From positions 75,082,001 to 75,146,000 of the forward strand of contig OX597814.1 of assembly GCA_951406725.2 (NCBI GenBank): a stretch of 64,000 nt of DNA, written 5' to 3'. Positions within the stretch are counted from its first letter, which is position 1; each line of letters begins with the position of its first letter. Made by a program: the position numbers and the translations under genes. Of this stretch, positions 12,696 to 25,997 are shown in pieces. This stretch comes from Octopus vulgaris (lineage: Eukaryota). Below the pieces are notes generated by a model, which saw nothing but the letters and a program-made list of their open reading frames with translations, made no database searches and had not been told where the DNA came from.

Positions 12696-14668
12696 TAAAA
12701 AAAGATTATTAGTAGGGAAATGAAATCTCAAAGCAGCAGTGGTAAACTGAAACAAGAATGGCACAGAACAAAAGTTCTAGTACACAACCAGGTTGTCTTT
12801 TAATGCATAAACAAATGAAAACAGTCTTTACTGAAACATTCAGTGCTTTTCCTATCTCTTTTATTATTAAAATAACAATGAAGATGGTTGAAGTTAGATA
12901 TAAGCAACAAGAACAACATAATAAAAACTTACCCCAAACAATTGTTTTTATTCTGCTTTAACATTTGCAAGAAAACTCATTAAAAAAAATGGATGAGGAT
13001 GAAGATGATATGAAAAGAATATTCTGATGTAAAGACTGACTCAGGAATAAAAATGTTTGACAAAAATTAATTCTTGCTTTTACAATCCTGAATGTACAGT
13101 CTGAATTTGCATCATTCACTTGTTCAAGCCAAATTCGTATTCTATAACATTCCTCCACAATATGAGTGTATATGTATGTAGGCAGGAGAATTGTTAAGTA
13201 ACAGTTTCAAGAGAGAAATATTTGAAGATAAGTGTTAGCTAAAACTTTGGAAATGAAATAAAATATTTAACTTAGAAATATAAGCTGGTGGACTGATATT
13301 AAAAAAAAAAAGCATTAGAGGCTTGAAAAATAATCAAATAACTTTCTAAAAGTCATCAAAATATTTAGATGATTTTAAAGAGAAGATATTTTAGTAGGCC
13401 AAATAGTGTAACAAAGCAGTTATATTCCAATAAGGAAAAAATAAATAAAATAAGTCACATTAAAAAGTGCATTAATAAAAAAGGGCCAATAAAACTACTT
13501 AGAGAAACAACAGGATTAAATTTTACAGTGATAAGGACAGTCATTTTTAAAATCCAAACCAAATAATCTAGTCAGTTCTAACAATAGTCCATTTGGTTGA
13601 TAGGATTTTTACCATGAAACTTTTATTTTTGTGTAAATATGAGGAAAGTGAAGCAAAGCACAACCTAATTTTCAATCTTGCTGGAACTGCATCAGTGTGT
13701 TAATATGTCCCTTCAATAAATGATTTCATTTAATATTCTTCAATTCCAAATGAAAATTCTCAATGGAAATTACTTAAATTATAATTAATTATCATTAATT
13801 ATATATCCCTCCCCTCTCTCTCAGACACACATTGGTACAAAACCTGACTTTAGTGAGATTACATACAGTTTTACTATTGCATCTGAATCATTTGTTACAA
13901 GGTATCTTTGTATGGCAAAATGGATGTCGGATTTTTATGGCATCAATAACTCACACACATACTTTCCTATACTTACAGATGACAGAACCCATTTACCAAT
14001 AAATAACATAATGATATAAAGAATACTGAACAAATTCAATAAACCATAAAAAACAAAATCATGATGTAACACAATTAGAACTGAATATGACTGAAGTAGG
14101 ATCTCATCTAGAAATGTATATTAACTTTTGGAAAAGAAACCAAAATGCTTATTCAACTGTCTCATTTAAGGTATGATAATAGATGTTACATACATACACT
14201 CATAAATTTTCAGAAGCTACAAGGAAATTTGAATTTCTTTTATTTTCGTTTTTAACAAAACTATTACAGAATAGTATTTACAAAAATTCATGAAAACCAA
14301 TCCAACAGCTTAGTTAGATGTTTGACTGTTAGTTTAGAAGAAATATTTGCCAAAAATAAGGAACAACTCCACAGCAGAATGACCAAGTAAAGAAACTGCC
14401 AAAAGTAGCCTCCCTTCAAAAAAAAAAAAGAAGTTACACTAGTGATACAAGAGTTACCTCCCTTGAATAATGTCTGGTTTGGTAAACGTCTTTTCTTGCT
14501 CTTGGTCACGCACAGATAATTCGTATGTGCGTGAGACCAAGTCATAACAAAAAGAAAAAGAGAGAGAAAGAGAGAGAGAGAAACAAAAAAAACAAAACAG
14601 AAAAAAACCCTAGAATTGATCCCAAATTGAAATACTTTATTTCTTCCTATCGTTTAAAGCCACAAATA

Positions 14669-14709
<41 letters not shown>

Positions 14710-15899
14710 GGCATCAATCATGTAGTCAGGCAATATCCTTCATAGAGTTTAATGGAGATGAAGATGATAAGGATGAGTAATCTACTCAGTAGCAATAATG
14801 CAGCCCATTTTTCACTGAGTTGAACGCAATATATTCCAAGAAATACCATATACATGTCTAACAATGTGAGCTAATTTTAAGAGATTTTTTTTTCACTCGC
14901 ACAAAACACAGATTGTCTCTCCTCCTTCCTCTTCTTTGTTGGTTTTAAATGAAATAATTTTTTTTATAAATTTTAAAATTTCAATCACATTACTGTTGTC
15001 TATGCTATTTCCAGCATTTTGTGAATGATTGGCTAAGGATGTGGTGTGAGTGGGTGTGATTTTATTGGGGAAAGGAGCTGTTTTTTTTACTACGACAGGA
15101 CTAGTTTTTTTTGTTTTATATTTTGCATGTGTGTCTCCTGTGTCTAGGTGATGTGGCAGGAATTGTTCTGTTAAAGTAAAAGAAAATTTATTCCAAACTT
15201 AAAAGGGCAAAAAGTGTTGTAATGAAAGTCAAAAATGTCTATGACAAGCAATGGCTCCATTTATGTGTGTGTGTATGTGTAGGTATATTTGTCATTGCTT
15301 GTGTATGTATGTGTACTGTGTGTGTGTGTTTGTGTGTGTGTGTGCATACATGCACACATGTATATGTGTACATATGCATCTATGAAAAAGGCACAGATGT
15401 ACACATGTATACAGATACACAAATATAGAGCGAGGTCAGTCACTGGGTCGGCAGCTTGTTATTTGACAACAGTAACAACTAAAAAGTAATTTGTGGTAGG
15501 GAAGGGATATGACAGGGTGGTGGTCCTGGGGTCTTGTTAATTAATGAGAAAGGGGAAATGGGGCTCACATTAATAAGAATAGGTCAGACTAAATATAATT
15601 TTCCCTTCTCTAACAGACTGTTGATTTCTTTCATTTTCTCTCATTGTAATTTGTATTGATTCATCTCATTATTTCTGTCTTGTTGTCGCTGCTGTTGCCA
15701 CAGCTTTCTGTAGTTTGTACATTATTATCACAGGAATGTTTGTGAGGTTGAAGATGATATATTCAAGATTAAGAAGAACAAAACGTATAACAAAGAGGCA
15801 ACAGGTAGCATTAGTGTCAATCCAACTCCAATTCTTTTCCTCACTGCCAACTCTCCAGATCAAACCTAACTTTGACACCCCAAATGTCTAGAACAATTC

Positions 15900-15958
15900 T
15901 CACTGCCATTTCATGTCTGTAAGTATCCACTGTTGGCTTGGGCTGTTATTACAGTTCC
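15900..15958 (-). CDS. GALNT1: GALNT terminal coding exon (gamma repeat part 2, stop)
   Basis: Poly-T tract then gtag|GG AAC TGT...; (G)NCNNSPSQQWILTDMKWQ* with QxW motif; phase 1 matches the previous exon; TGA at 15900-15902; 3' UTR continues leftwards, end not determinable. Confidence 0.92.
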
Positions 15959-16440
15959 CTACAAAAAAAAAAAAAAGATAAAGCTCATACTTTAATCATT
16001 TGTTTAGAAAGAAAACATGAAACCTCAGTTGTGCAAGCACAGCTTTTAATTAAATAGTATTTAATTCTTTAGCATTCAGATTATTCTGTTAAATGTAATG
16101 CTTATTTAATCACATTGTTTTGAGTTAATCATGAATTACCTCGCAGCATTGAAATTTTGATGATGTGAATGTTTATTTTTAGAATGACATTGTAGGATTG
16201 ATATGAGAGGTTAGATCTGACCGGTTTGAACATAAAACAGGTGGAATATTTGGGCTGGATATGACTTAAATGCAAAAAGGTTAAGAGAGCAAGACACAGA
16301 AAATTTAAATCCATTAACCATTTCAGACATTGAAATAAATTAAATTCCAAAAATTAACTGAATCCCTCAATTTAGATATATTTTTTATTAATTCCAATGA
16401 GTTTCTGATGTTCTTGTAGTGGAGCAGTTTCTACTGTTAG

Positions 16441-16826
16441 TGGAAGCACTCCATCGGTTACGACGATGAGGGTTCCGGTTGATCCGAATCAACGGAACAG
16501 CCTGCTCGTGAAATTAACGTGTAAGTGGCTGAGCACTCCACAGACATGTGCACCCTTAACATAGTTCTCGGGGATATTCAGCGTGACACAGAGAGTGACA
16601 AGGCCGGCCCCTTGAAATACAGGTACAACAGAAACAGGAAGTAAGAGTGAGAGAAAGTTGTGGTGAAAGAGTACAGCAGGGATCACCACCATCCCCTGCC
16701 GGAGCCTCGTGGAGCTTTTAGGTGTTTTCGCTCAATAAACACTCACAACGCCCGGTCTGGGAATCGAAACCGCGATCCTATGACCACGAGTCCGCTGCCC
16801 TAACCACTGGGCCATTGCGCCTCCAC
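16441..16826 (-). mobile_element. Young full-length tRNA-derived SINE with 13-bp TSD
   Basis: Minus-strand head GGAGGCGCAATGGCCCAGTGG...GGTTTCGATTCCC (A/B boxes); TSD tttctactgttag at 16428-16440 and 16827-16839; CpGs retained; related copies at 59568-59895 and ~420-705. Confidence 0.9.
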
Positions 16827-18740
16827 TTTCTACTGTTAGCAACTGTAATGAATTATAATTTATATAGTTTCAAAGTGAGTAAGCCTAGTGTTTATTCAGA
16901 AACAGTTTTCAATGCGCTATGGTATGAAATCCCTGTTAATAAACTTAATTATAACAGATTCTTCAATGAAGACCATCACAGAGCTATATTTTTTAGTGAC
17001 AGTTACCAGTTATCAAGCAATCTGTCATATAATGTCATCTTACCTACTAAAAATGGAAGCCAAGTTACTATCAAATCAAACTTCATCTTGAAAAAAGAAG
17101 GACTTGTCCGATAATTAGTACTAGATATACTATGTCTAAGGTTCAAAATTGAAGTAGTTACAGCTGGAATGCCTTTGACAACCATAGGCTTCCTTCGTCT
17201 ATCAAAACTGGCCTGGACTAAACATACAATTAACAAGACTTTGAACTTAGCATGGGTTTTTTTTTTTTTTATCTTGGTAAGTATTTAAAGTAAGTATTTA
17301 AAGCTTCTGAAATCAATACAATAATATTTCAACATGAATTGTACCTATTAATGCAATATCTAAGTCAACTACTTAAATATTCTTTCGACTTACTATAAAG
17401 TACCAGTTTTCTCAGGTAATAAGCAAATTTTTCTTTTCTCTTTTTTATCTAGCTGCTTTTTCTTTTCAATTATTATCAGTCGTCTCTCTAAATCATATCA
17501 ATCAGTCATATGAAATTGAGATTAAATACTTTTAATCCACGTCAAGGATTACACTTTATCTTTATTGACACTTGTTCCATTCCAACATAACCTTACCTAT
17601 AATCTAAATATATCTCACAATCTATTCTCCTATCATTTCCTTTTAAACAAGAAGAAAATCCTTTATCTTCAGTAATGATAAATATTTTCATAATCTCTTC
17701 TAAGCATTTTACAATTTGTCTATCACTGACCAGCCATCTAGGTGACAGAATTTCTCAATCAATTTGAATAAAACATTACTGTAATATGTAGTAATCAGTT
17801 ATGAAATCTAGCTTGTTCATGAGTGTCAATGTCAGTCTGGGTACATTTGCTCCACAGAGCCTTAATATCTGTCTTAACTTTCAGTTTCCATCCTCAAAAA
17901 TGTCTGGCTATTATATGATGTACCTTTTATTTTGGATTGTATTGTATTTTTCTGCTATCCACACCTCCTGTCACAGACTACTTTACATTTCTGTCCATCC
18001 CTCACTAACTTACATTATGCAATCTTTCAGCCTCTAAATTCCTCACATCATGATCACTCTTTACTGATTTTACTTCTCTGCAAGCTTCCTCTATCATTCC
18101 TTTACCTTACACCGACCTTGTTTTCAAGCATTTTCTTTTGTCCACATGTTCCCACTCATGCTGTTACCATCATCATCATCATTATCCTTTTAACATCTGT
18201 TTTCAATGCTGGCATGTCTGTCTCAGTACTATCTCATACTTTATTTCATATGGCCTTCACCTCACCTATTTCAACTGAGTTCCCATACCTTTCTTCTACA
18301 TCACCCACCCTCGCTGTTTATTTCCTCCATTTTCACCCCATACACTCATTACTTTCCACTGGTTCCCCATTCTATTCCATTCTTCTCTCACTATTTTGTG
18401 ACCAACATAACAACATTGCTATATATTCTTTCACTCTGGCTCTCTCAAAAGAAGGGCAGGGACTCACTATTGTTAGATCCATTCACTCCTCATGGCAAAC
18501 CAAACTAACTGAATTTTATGAATCCTCTTATAGATTAATTTTTGTCCTTATAAATTATCACCACCTTCCTTGGAATCTGGTTTTCTGCTTGTTCATCAAT
18601 CAGCTCCCTCCAACCATCCAATGCATCAAGTGAATTTAAAGTGAAGTATCATTTCCAAACCATCAATGACAACATACAAATTCACTAAGACCTCTTTGGT
18701 TGGATTAGTGTATTCTTACTTTACATACATTCAAACTTAC

Positions 18741-18819
18741 CTATGCTAGGTGTGTCAGAATCATCAGGACTGGGTTTATCCAAACACTGGTTACTATTTA
18801 CATGTTTTAAGCTCAATGT
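18741..18819 (-). CDS. GALNT1: GALNT exon, lectin gamma repeat part 1
   Basis: 79 bp, ttttgcag|ACA...ATA G|gtaagt; TLSLKHVNSNQCLDKPSPDDSDTPSI(G), close to the vertebrate GALNT1/13 HVNSNQCLD segment. Confidence 0.95.
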
Positions 18820-20705
18820 CTGCAAAACAAAATTAGAATGTTAATAAACATTGCAAATATTGTGAAAATAAGTTTCAAAATGGTTAATATTAAATTTCAA
18901 AATAGCAACAACAATAATAATAATAATAATAATATCTGAATAATTTATTATCTAGTATGAAACATTCTAAAAAAAAAAAAAAAAAAACTAAAAAAAAACT
19001 ATAAATATACGACTATCAAAAGTTATTTCTTTCATCAAAAATTCTAATAGCCATTTTAGTAAAAGTATTGTCTAAGTGGAAATTTGGAGTGGTAAAAAAA
19101 GCAATTGAAAATACAGTTGCAAAAATTAGTTTCCAACAAATTTCCCTTTAGAATGCTAATAACAGCTAATACTGTCTTGGGATTTAGGTTGAAGAGTTAT
19201 TCCCTTAGCTAAATTTACATGCATGTAACCACAAAAGTATAATCTCAGTATTGGCTGGGTTACATAACAAGTGACCTAACCAATACTACCTGCTATTACT
19301 ACTACATACCCTACTATTATTGTAACACCAGTCAGTAGAAATAGACCAGAAACTATCATGAATATGTTATAGCATTTGTCAACTAATGTAGAAATAATCA
19401 ACCAGTCACACACTATTGAAACTGACATAAATCAACTTTCCTTGTTTTTCTTCAAGGAAAATGAAACATATTTTCATCTTTTAGAGTTAGACTGATTTGA
19501 TAACACCTACAAAGGCTGAACAGGTTTTGTCATCATTTCAATGTGATGTGTCAGATTTCAATAAGAAATAACAGCTTTGTCGCAGAAAGCAGACATTAGG
19601 AAAAGCGAAATGATAAAACAGAATTACCAACTTATTGAAATATGTTTTACAAAGATATATCTGAAGAATCAGTAGTCTACATAATCATATACACTGCAAG
19701 TTAATTTAACAAAATAACATCATAGAAATATAGATATTCCATAATGATTAAATGCTTTCATGTTTAAAAAATACAAAAACTTTACACAGACATTTTTTTA
19801 GATTCTTAATATTTTAAGTAATTCAACAGTTAAAATGTTTTCTTTTTTATTTGAGGGTAATTTGTAGCTAGCTTATTAGTTTGTATCACCACAATGCTTA
19901 ATAAATTTCCTTAAAATTAATCACTATGGCTCAGCTTTTGTGTAAGACATACTCCTAGTGATATATAAATTCTTCTCTTAAGCTGCCGACAATGCCAGTT
20001 AGAAACTATTACTACAGTTGCCATGCTGTTTATTGTTTAGTAGATAGTTTTGTCATACCAGATAGACTTGTTAATAAAGGTATAAATATATTTTCAAACT
20101 TTATGCAAATTTAGTGAGGTAAACATCTTAAGTAGGACTAGAAGAAATCTAAAATATTATTAAGCTGTTTCTTTAAAGAAAGAGGTTTGATTTTTGAAAG
20201 CAGTGCTTTTCAAGTGCAGTGTTTTGGAGTCACTCCAGTGACACTGAAGGTAAGACTATATAATTTATAGCATTAACTCATAAAGAGGTTTGGGACAGAA
20301 GTAAAATAGAATTTCTAAAATAATAGAACCATTCAAAAAGATATACGACTCATGTTTGTCATAATTATAAGTATGAAAAACATTACTTTATTTGTTGATA
20401 ATCAGATAATCAGTTCAACAGTTTATCAAGATACCATGTTAAATATAAGATTAATTAATGTCACTGGTTTCAGTGTGTGACCATGCTGAACTTTTATTCA
20501 TGATAACATTTCATGATACATGCAGGAATATGTTCTTTGTAGTGACTATAGTTGCTTAACTTTTTATTAAAATACTTTGCTAAAAGCAAACCATTTTAGT
20601 CTATGTATGAGAACAAATTTATTTGCACATTAATAAAGACAATAAAACAAATATCTCTAAAACATTTGAAAGATATGACTTCAGGATAAAGCCATTAGAA
20701 GTGGT

Positions 20706-20744
<39 letters not shown>

Positions 20745-23700
20745 CTCAAGAGTTAAGAGTTTTGTGTATTAGCACTTATCAAACCACCTGTATACATATT
20801 GTATATATATATATATGTTGTAAATAAGATTATTTTGTTACTTCAAATTTCAATTGAAATGCTAACAATGTGTCAATTACTAAAGGAATGGTAATGTTGT
20901 AATGCTGCTTTTATTATCTGATCCTAATTATAAACAACAACATACCAAATATACATGCCCTTCAAACCCTAAAGCTGAAATTAGCAAATCAGTATATCTG
21001 CTTTTACAATTCAACTTACAAGAAAAGTTAAGCAGGCAGCCAAACAAAATGAAACTGCAGATATAGACTGAGATTGAAACCAATAGTTCAATTTCCCTTT
21101 CACTCATCTCATTTGCTTGGAATTAGGTGAAAAACTTTGCCTATGAGCAAATGTTGTAACAGTAAAACTGATCTGGTTTGTAAACTTTCATTGTATGACA
21201 TTAATCTTAAGAGATAAAGCAACAAAAGAAAATAGCTTTATAACTTAAGTATATACAGTTGTTTTCTTTTAAAGAGATAATTGCTTTCTTAATGATAACT
21301 TAAAAGCATAAGTAAACTAACCAAAATTATTCAAAGAATAGGAACGATACATCAGCACTTTCAAGTAGTGGTGAGGGCTAACAGACTGCTTAAAAATCTT
21401 TCAGTAGTAAAAGAACAATGTACTCTAACAAAATCCAACCAATTGCACAGTGTAATATAATATTTAAAACTTTTGTATTAGAACTATTTTGCAAGATGTT
21501 AAGAATTGAAAGCATTAGCAATGCAAACAAACATCAAAGCAGAGGTTGTATTAGTTATAAATGACACATGTTGAAATAGTTTAGCCAGATATAGCATTCT
21601 TGAAAAAAAAAAAATTACAATTTGCCGTTAGCATAAAAAAAACAAAAAAAAAACGAAGCAAACTTTATTGTGATAAATATGCTTGCATCAAACCTTAAGT
21701 ACACTTATTAAAAAAAAAAGGGATTGAAATATTCCTCTCCCTAAAACATAAAGTTTAAAGTATTCATAAACAATACAAAAGAATTAAACTAAAATATGAA
21801 ACACAAAAATATATTTTAAACAGTTAAAGTAAAATACAGAGAAAAGAGAATAGCAAAAGATGTCTCAAAATATAAAAATAATGAAATCAAGATAAAAAAG
21901 TATATTGTCCTATTTTTGTGCCATTTACAGACATAGATGTTGGCAAACATTTTGTAATATTTAAATAATAATTTGTGCAAATAACCTATGTAGAAAATTA
22001 TAAATTAACACTACAAATACTACATTTTGTGATTTTTAATGAGTAGAAATTCCAAATAAAATTCAAGTTTTTATGATGGAAGCGGTTATTGGCATAAAAG
22101 TTAAAAATCTGTCCTCTCTAACAAAATCTTAGTTGACTTTCAATCCTGTGCAGCACAATATTTCATATATAGTCAACTGCAACTAGTGAAGAAATGAAGG
22201 CTTCTCATGATCTGTAACCTATGGCCATTTATTTAAAGACAGAAAAGGAAGTTGAGATTTCCATGTTTACTAGACATCGTTGTCACCCAACACTTTCTTT
22301 TGAAAACATTCTCCCATTTCAATTCCAACATTCTTTACTGGCAGTGATAAATTAAGTTTTAGATGCTGTATTCAATATTGTGAGGTAATAAATTACAGCT
22401 GATAAAGCAGCTTCTTCAAGCAGAAACACTATAATAGATCTTCTACAACTACTGTTTAAGTAATACCATTATGTGATTCATCATACAAGTGTAGAGGATG
22501 TGAGGTTGAAAATAATAAAAATAGTAGAGCTAGTAATATTCCGGCTGTCATTGAAGTTAGTGAAGTTGATTTGCTCATTGAAGGACAGGATTCTGCTTTA
22601 AGCACAGCAAGTTAATGGGATATTTGTCAATTCCAAAGTGATGTAGTGACTTACAACAGTAAATTATACTCTAGTATGGCACAAATTTTACAGTTACCTG
22701 AAGTCATTGTAATGTAAATGTCTTTGTCAGGATGAAAGTTTATAGATAGTAACAAAATGTATTTTGCTATTTGGTTTTTATAGATTAGATCCTGTTTGGA
22801 TTAATCTGTATTTTATTCCTTTATCCAAATATTTAGTATGCAAGTTGAAAAAAAAGCATAATTACAACTCATTAGGGAAGTCAACTTGCTATCAAATTTT
22901 CCTTTCATTTATACAGGAGTCAATATACAGACAATGAACTGAGTCTCTAATAGTTATTGTTCAACATTGAATACATGCAAATTTAGAAAGCAACAATGAT
23001 GAATCTACTTAAATTTCATACAGACAGCATAATTTCCACTAACTGTTCATGATATTTCAAGCTGAAAGGTTATGAAGTTTGCTACATTACAACTACTTGT
23101 TTCCTGATGGTTTCTATTGTTAAATGAAAAATTACACTTTTTGTCAAAATAAAAGTCAACTAATTTTGAAAAATGAAGAGTAAGTAATTTAAAATTTAAA
23201 AATAAAACACTCTTCATGGTTTAGACACCCAAAAGTTAGCTTCACATTTTAGATCTCCAAAAGATACTAACACAAGGAAAATTGAAAATGTATGAAAAAT
23301 TACAAGAAATAATATTTCATTAAACTATGAGGGATGCTAAAAGATGACCTGCCAAGTTTTAGAACAATCACTAAGTACTACTCACAATATTTGTATGTCA
23401 AGTTATTTTAAAAGTATGAACAATAACAAAAACTAACAATATAGGGTTTCTTGATTGAAAATGTTCAAATTCAGAAATTAATCAATTTATCACAGATATA
23501 GTGCTATCACAATTTCCACCGACTGTTATGAGAAAAGGAAAGCGATCTGTATTTGTGTATGACACAATTATACTAAGTTAAATTACACCAAGTCATAATA
23601 ACCAGTTACATTACTCACATCATTGTACCTAGTCACATCACAGTATCCAATTATGCTACTGTATCTAGTTACTACTCTATCTATGTTACACTACCATGTC

Positions 23701-25002
23701 AAGTTATATAACTGTATCTAGTCAAATTATTATTATTTTTACCAAATCTCCTAACACAATCTATGGGGTTCTCCTCTGATACTTAAAGAAATCCAGAAGC
23801 ATAATTATACACAATGAATCTCAATTCAAACCCTGTTGGGAGGAATTGACCCTTATATCCTGCCTTGTCAATAAATTAACCCCGAATAAGTTTTTATCCA
23901 AATGATAGAGAATTATGCTGGCCAAGCGTTGCTTTATATTCTTTTTTAAACTGCTGAAGCTTTGTTAAGAACCACTGTTTAAATTTGAAAACTTTTAAAG
24001 AAAAGCAAAGTTACCAAGCTGCAAATTAACAAAGTGAAATGAAGTGAACACTTTAACTCAAACAACATAATTGACAATAAGATTGTTAAAACACGTGAAT
24101 GTATAAAAGAAAGAAAGAATATAAAATAGCAACAAAAACAATAAAAGCAAAAGAAGCAACATGAACCGCAATAATTAGTGTGCAAATGGTGTGATTGAGG
24201 CACATGCACAGAACTAGGTGTGCTAATGTACCAAATGGTGAACTGCTTGCTTAATTAAATATAGTTTGTTGAAGTAGAAGACTAAAAAAAATGGAACAAT
24301 AAATTATAAGAAACAGCCTTAAACGCACAAACATACATTCAACAATTCAGACATATAAATCTAGCCAAACACATGAATTTATATTAACACAGAATGTACC
24401 CATATTTATATGGACACACACACACAAAACTAAACTTCATAGTTATCTAAATTGACGGAGATGTTTCAGACTATGCAATACTGAATTTGATGCTTTACTG
24501 TAATTAGTTCTTGATACTTAAAAGTTCCGAGTTAAAATCTTGACATCTAGTGTTTAGGTCTTGCTTTCATCATGTGAAGTGGATTAAAGATGACTACTGT
24601 CTATCCAGATAGGATGAAATTCTATTGCAACATCATTCCCAAATGACTTATTAAATATTCTTGACAACTAAGTGATTTGATGATGAATAGAAAATGAAGG
24701 ACTTTTCAGACAACAAAATGGTTTCAGTAGCTTTGAACATACAAACTACAAATTAGAAAATATCTTAGTTACTGAGTTCATTTTGCCTTTCCATTAGTAA
24801 TACACTTGGATTAATATTTCTACTGACTAAACTTTCCTTCAAATAAAAAATAAAACACTCTTATGCCTGGTTAAAGGAATATTCAAATATTTTACTTTTT
24901 CTCTTGAACAGTTTCTTCAAGAAACAGAACAGAAAAACTAATACTTCCATATATATCCTATATATTTTCACTAGTGTAATAATTTACAACAGATATAACG
25001 AG

Positions 25003-25484
25003 TTCTATATTTAAGAGATGAAGAATTATGTACATTATTTACATTTGATGGATATTTGTCCTCATCTTGTTTGTTGTTAACACAACGTTTCGGCTGATAC
25101 ACTCTCCAGCCTCCATCAGGGGAAATTTCGAACCCAGGTTCTCATTCCTAAGGTATTTTTTGATATTATTATTATTATTATTATTCAGGTCACTGCCTGG
25201 AATCAAACTTGGAATCTTGGGGTTAGTAGCCTGTGGGCATATGGTGTAGTGGTTAAGAGTGTGGGCTACTAATCCCAGAATTCTGAGTTTTATTCCAGGC
25301 AGTGACCTGAATAATAACAATAATAATAATAATAACATCGAAAAATACCTTAGGAATGAGAACCCAGGTTCAAAATTACCCCGAGACAACTGATGAAGGC
25401 TGGAGGGTATATCAGCTGAAACATTGTGTTAACAACAAACAAGATGAGGACAAATATCTGTCAAATGTAAATAATGTAAATAAT
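25003..25484. mobile_element. Inverted-dimer element: tRNA-like head plus Penelope-type end with hammerhead motif; 12-bp TSD
   Basis: Arms ~25031-25231 and ~25264-25478 are reverse complements; direct repeat agatataacgag at 24991-25002 and 25485-25496. Confidence 0.75.
25385..25430 (+). ncRNA. Minimal type I hammerhead-ribozyme-like motif (degenerate)
   Basis: gacaa CTGATGA a GGCTGG-agggtata-TCAGCT GAAA c att gtgtt; the mirror copy at 25079-25120 has TCAGCC GAAAC GTT GTGTT. Confidence 0.6.
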
Positions 25485-25964
25485 AGATATAACGAGATAT
25501 CAACTAAAAAAGTAATACTTGTAATAACCAATTTTGAATTATATCTACTTGCATCAATATTGTATGATATTGATTTGTAGCACAGAGGCAAGGCCTCAAA
25601 TTTGGTGAGAAGGAACATTTTGATAATAACAACTTGGGTGGTATCAACCCAAGAAGGTTGAATGACAAAGTCAACTTCTGAGAGATTTGAACTCAGAACA
25701 TAAAAATAAACAGCTAAATACTGCAAGGCATTTTGTCAGCCACTATACTACCAAATGTGCCAGTTCACCATAGTTTGAATGTTGTGTAACATATGGTACA
25801 TGCTGCTTATTTCTATTAGAATGTTGTATAATACTATCAGGCATATACTAATATTTATTAGATAATGCTTTGTATATGAGGATAGGGTGACTTTGTATGT
25901 GTGTATGTGTGTATTACATTTACAGAATTGTTCATGAGTATTTTCAAATCTAAATTTAATGCCA

Positions 25965-25997
<33 letters not shown>

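Noticed and set aside
16750-16826. Possible tRNA gene (also 25235-25308 and 34700-34782)
   Set aside because: tRNA-like heads continuous with SINE bodies and TSDs; acceptor stems not intact
17932-18633. 233-aa plus-strand ORF
   Set aside because: Pyrimidine-rich, low-complexity, no recognisable motif, contains an RTE-tail fragment near 18170-18215; lies antisense within a GALNT intron
23894-23974. Minus-strand WFLTKLQQFKKEYK... after an AG, faintly like the start of the beta exons
   Set aside because: No Cys in frame, stop after 26 codons, no donor; the similarity is within chance
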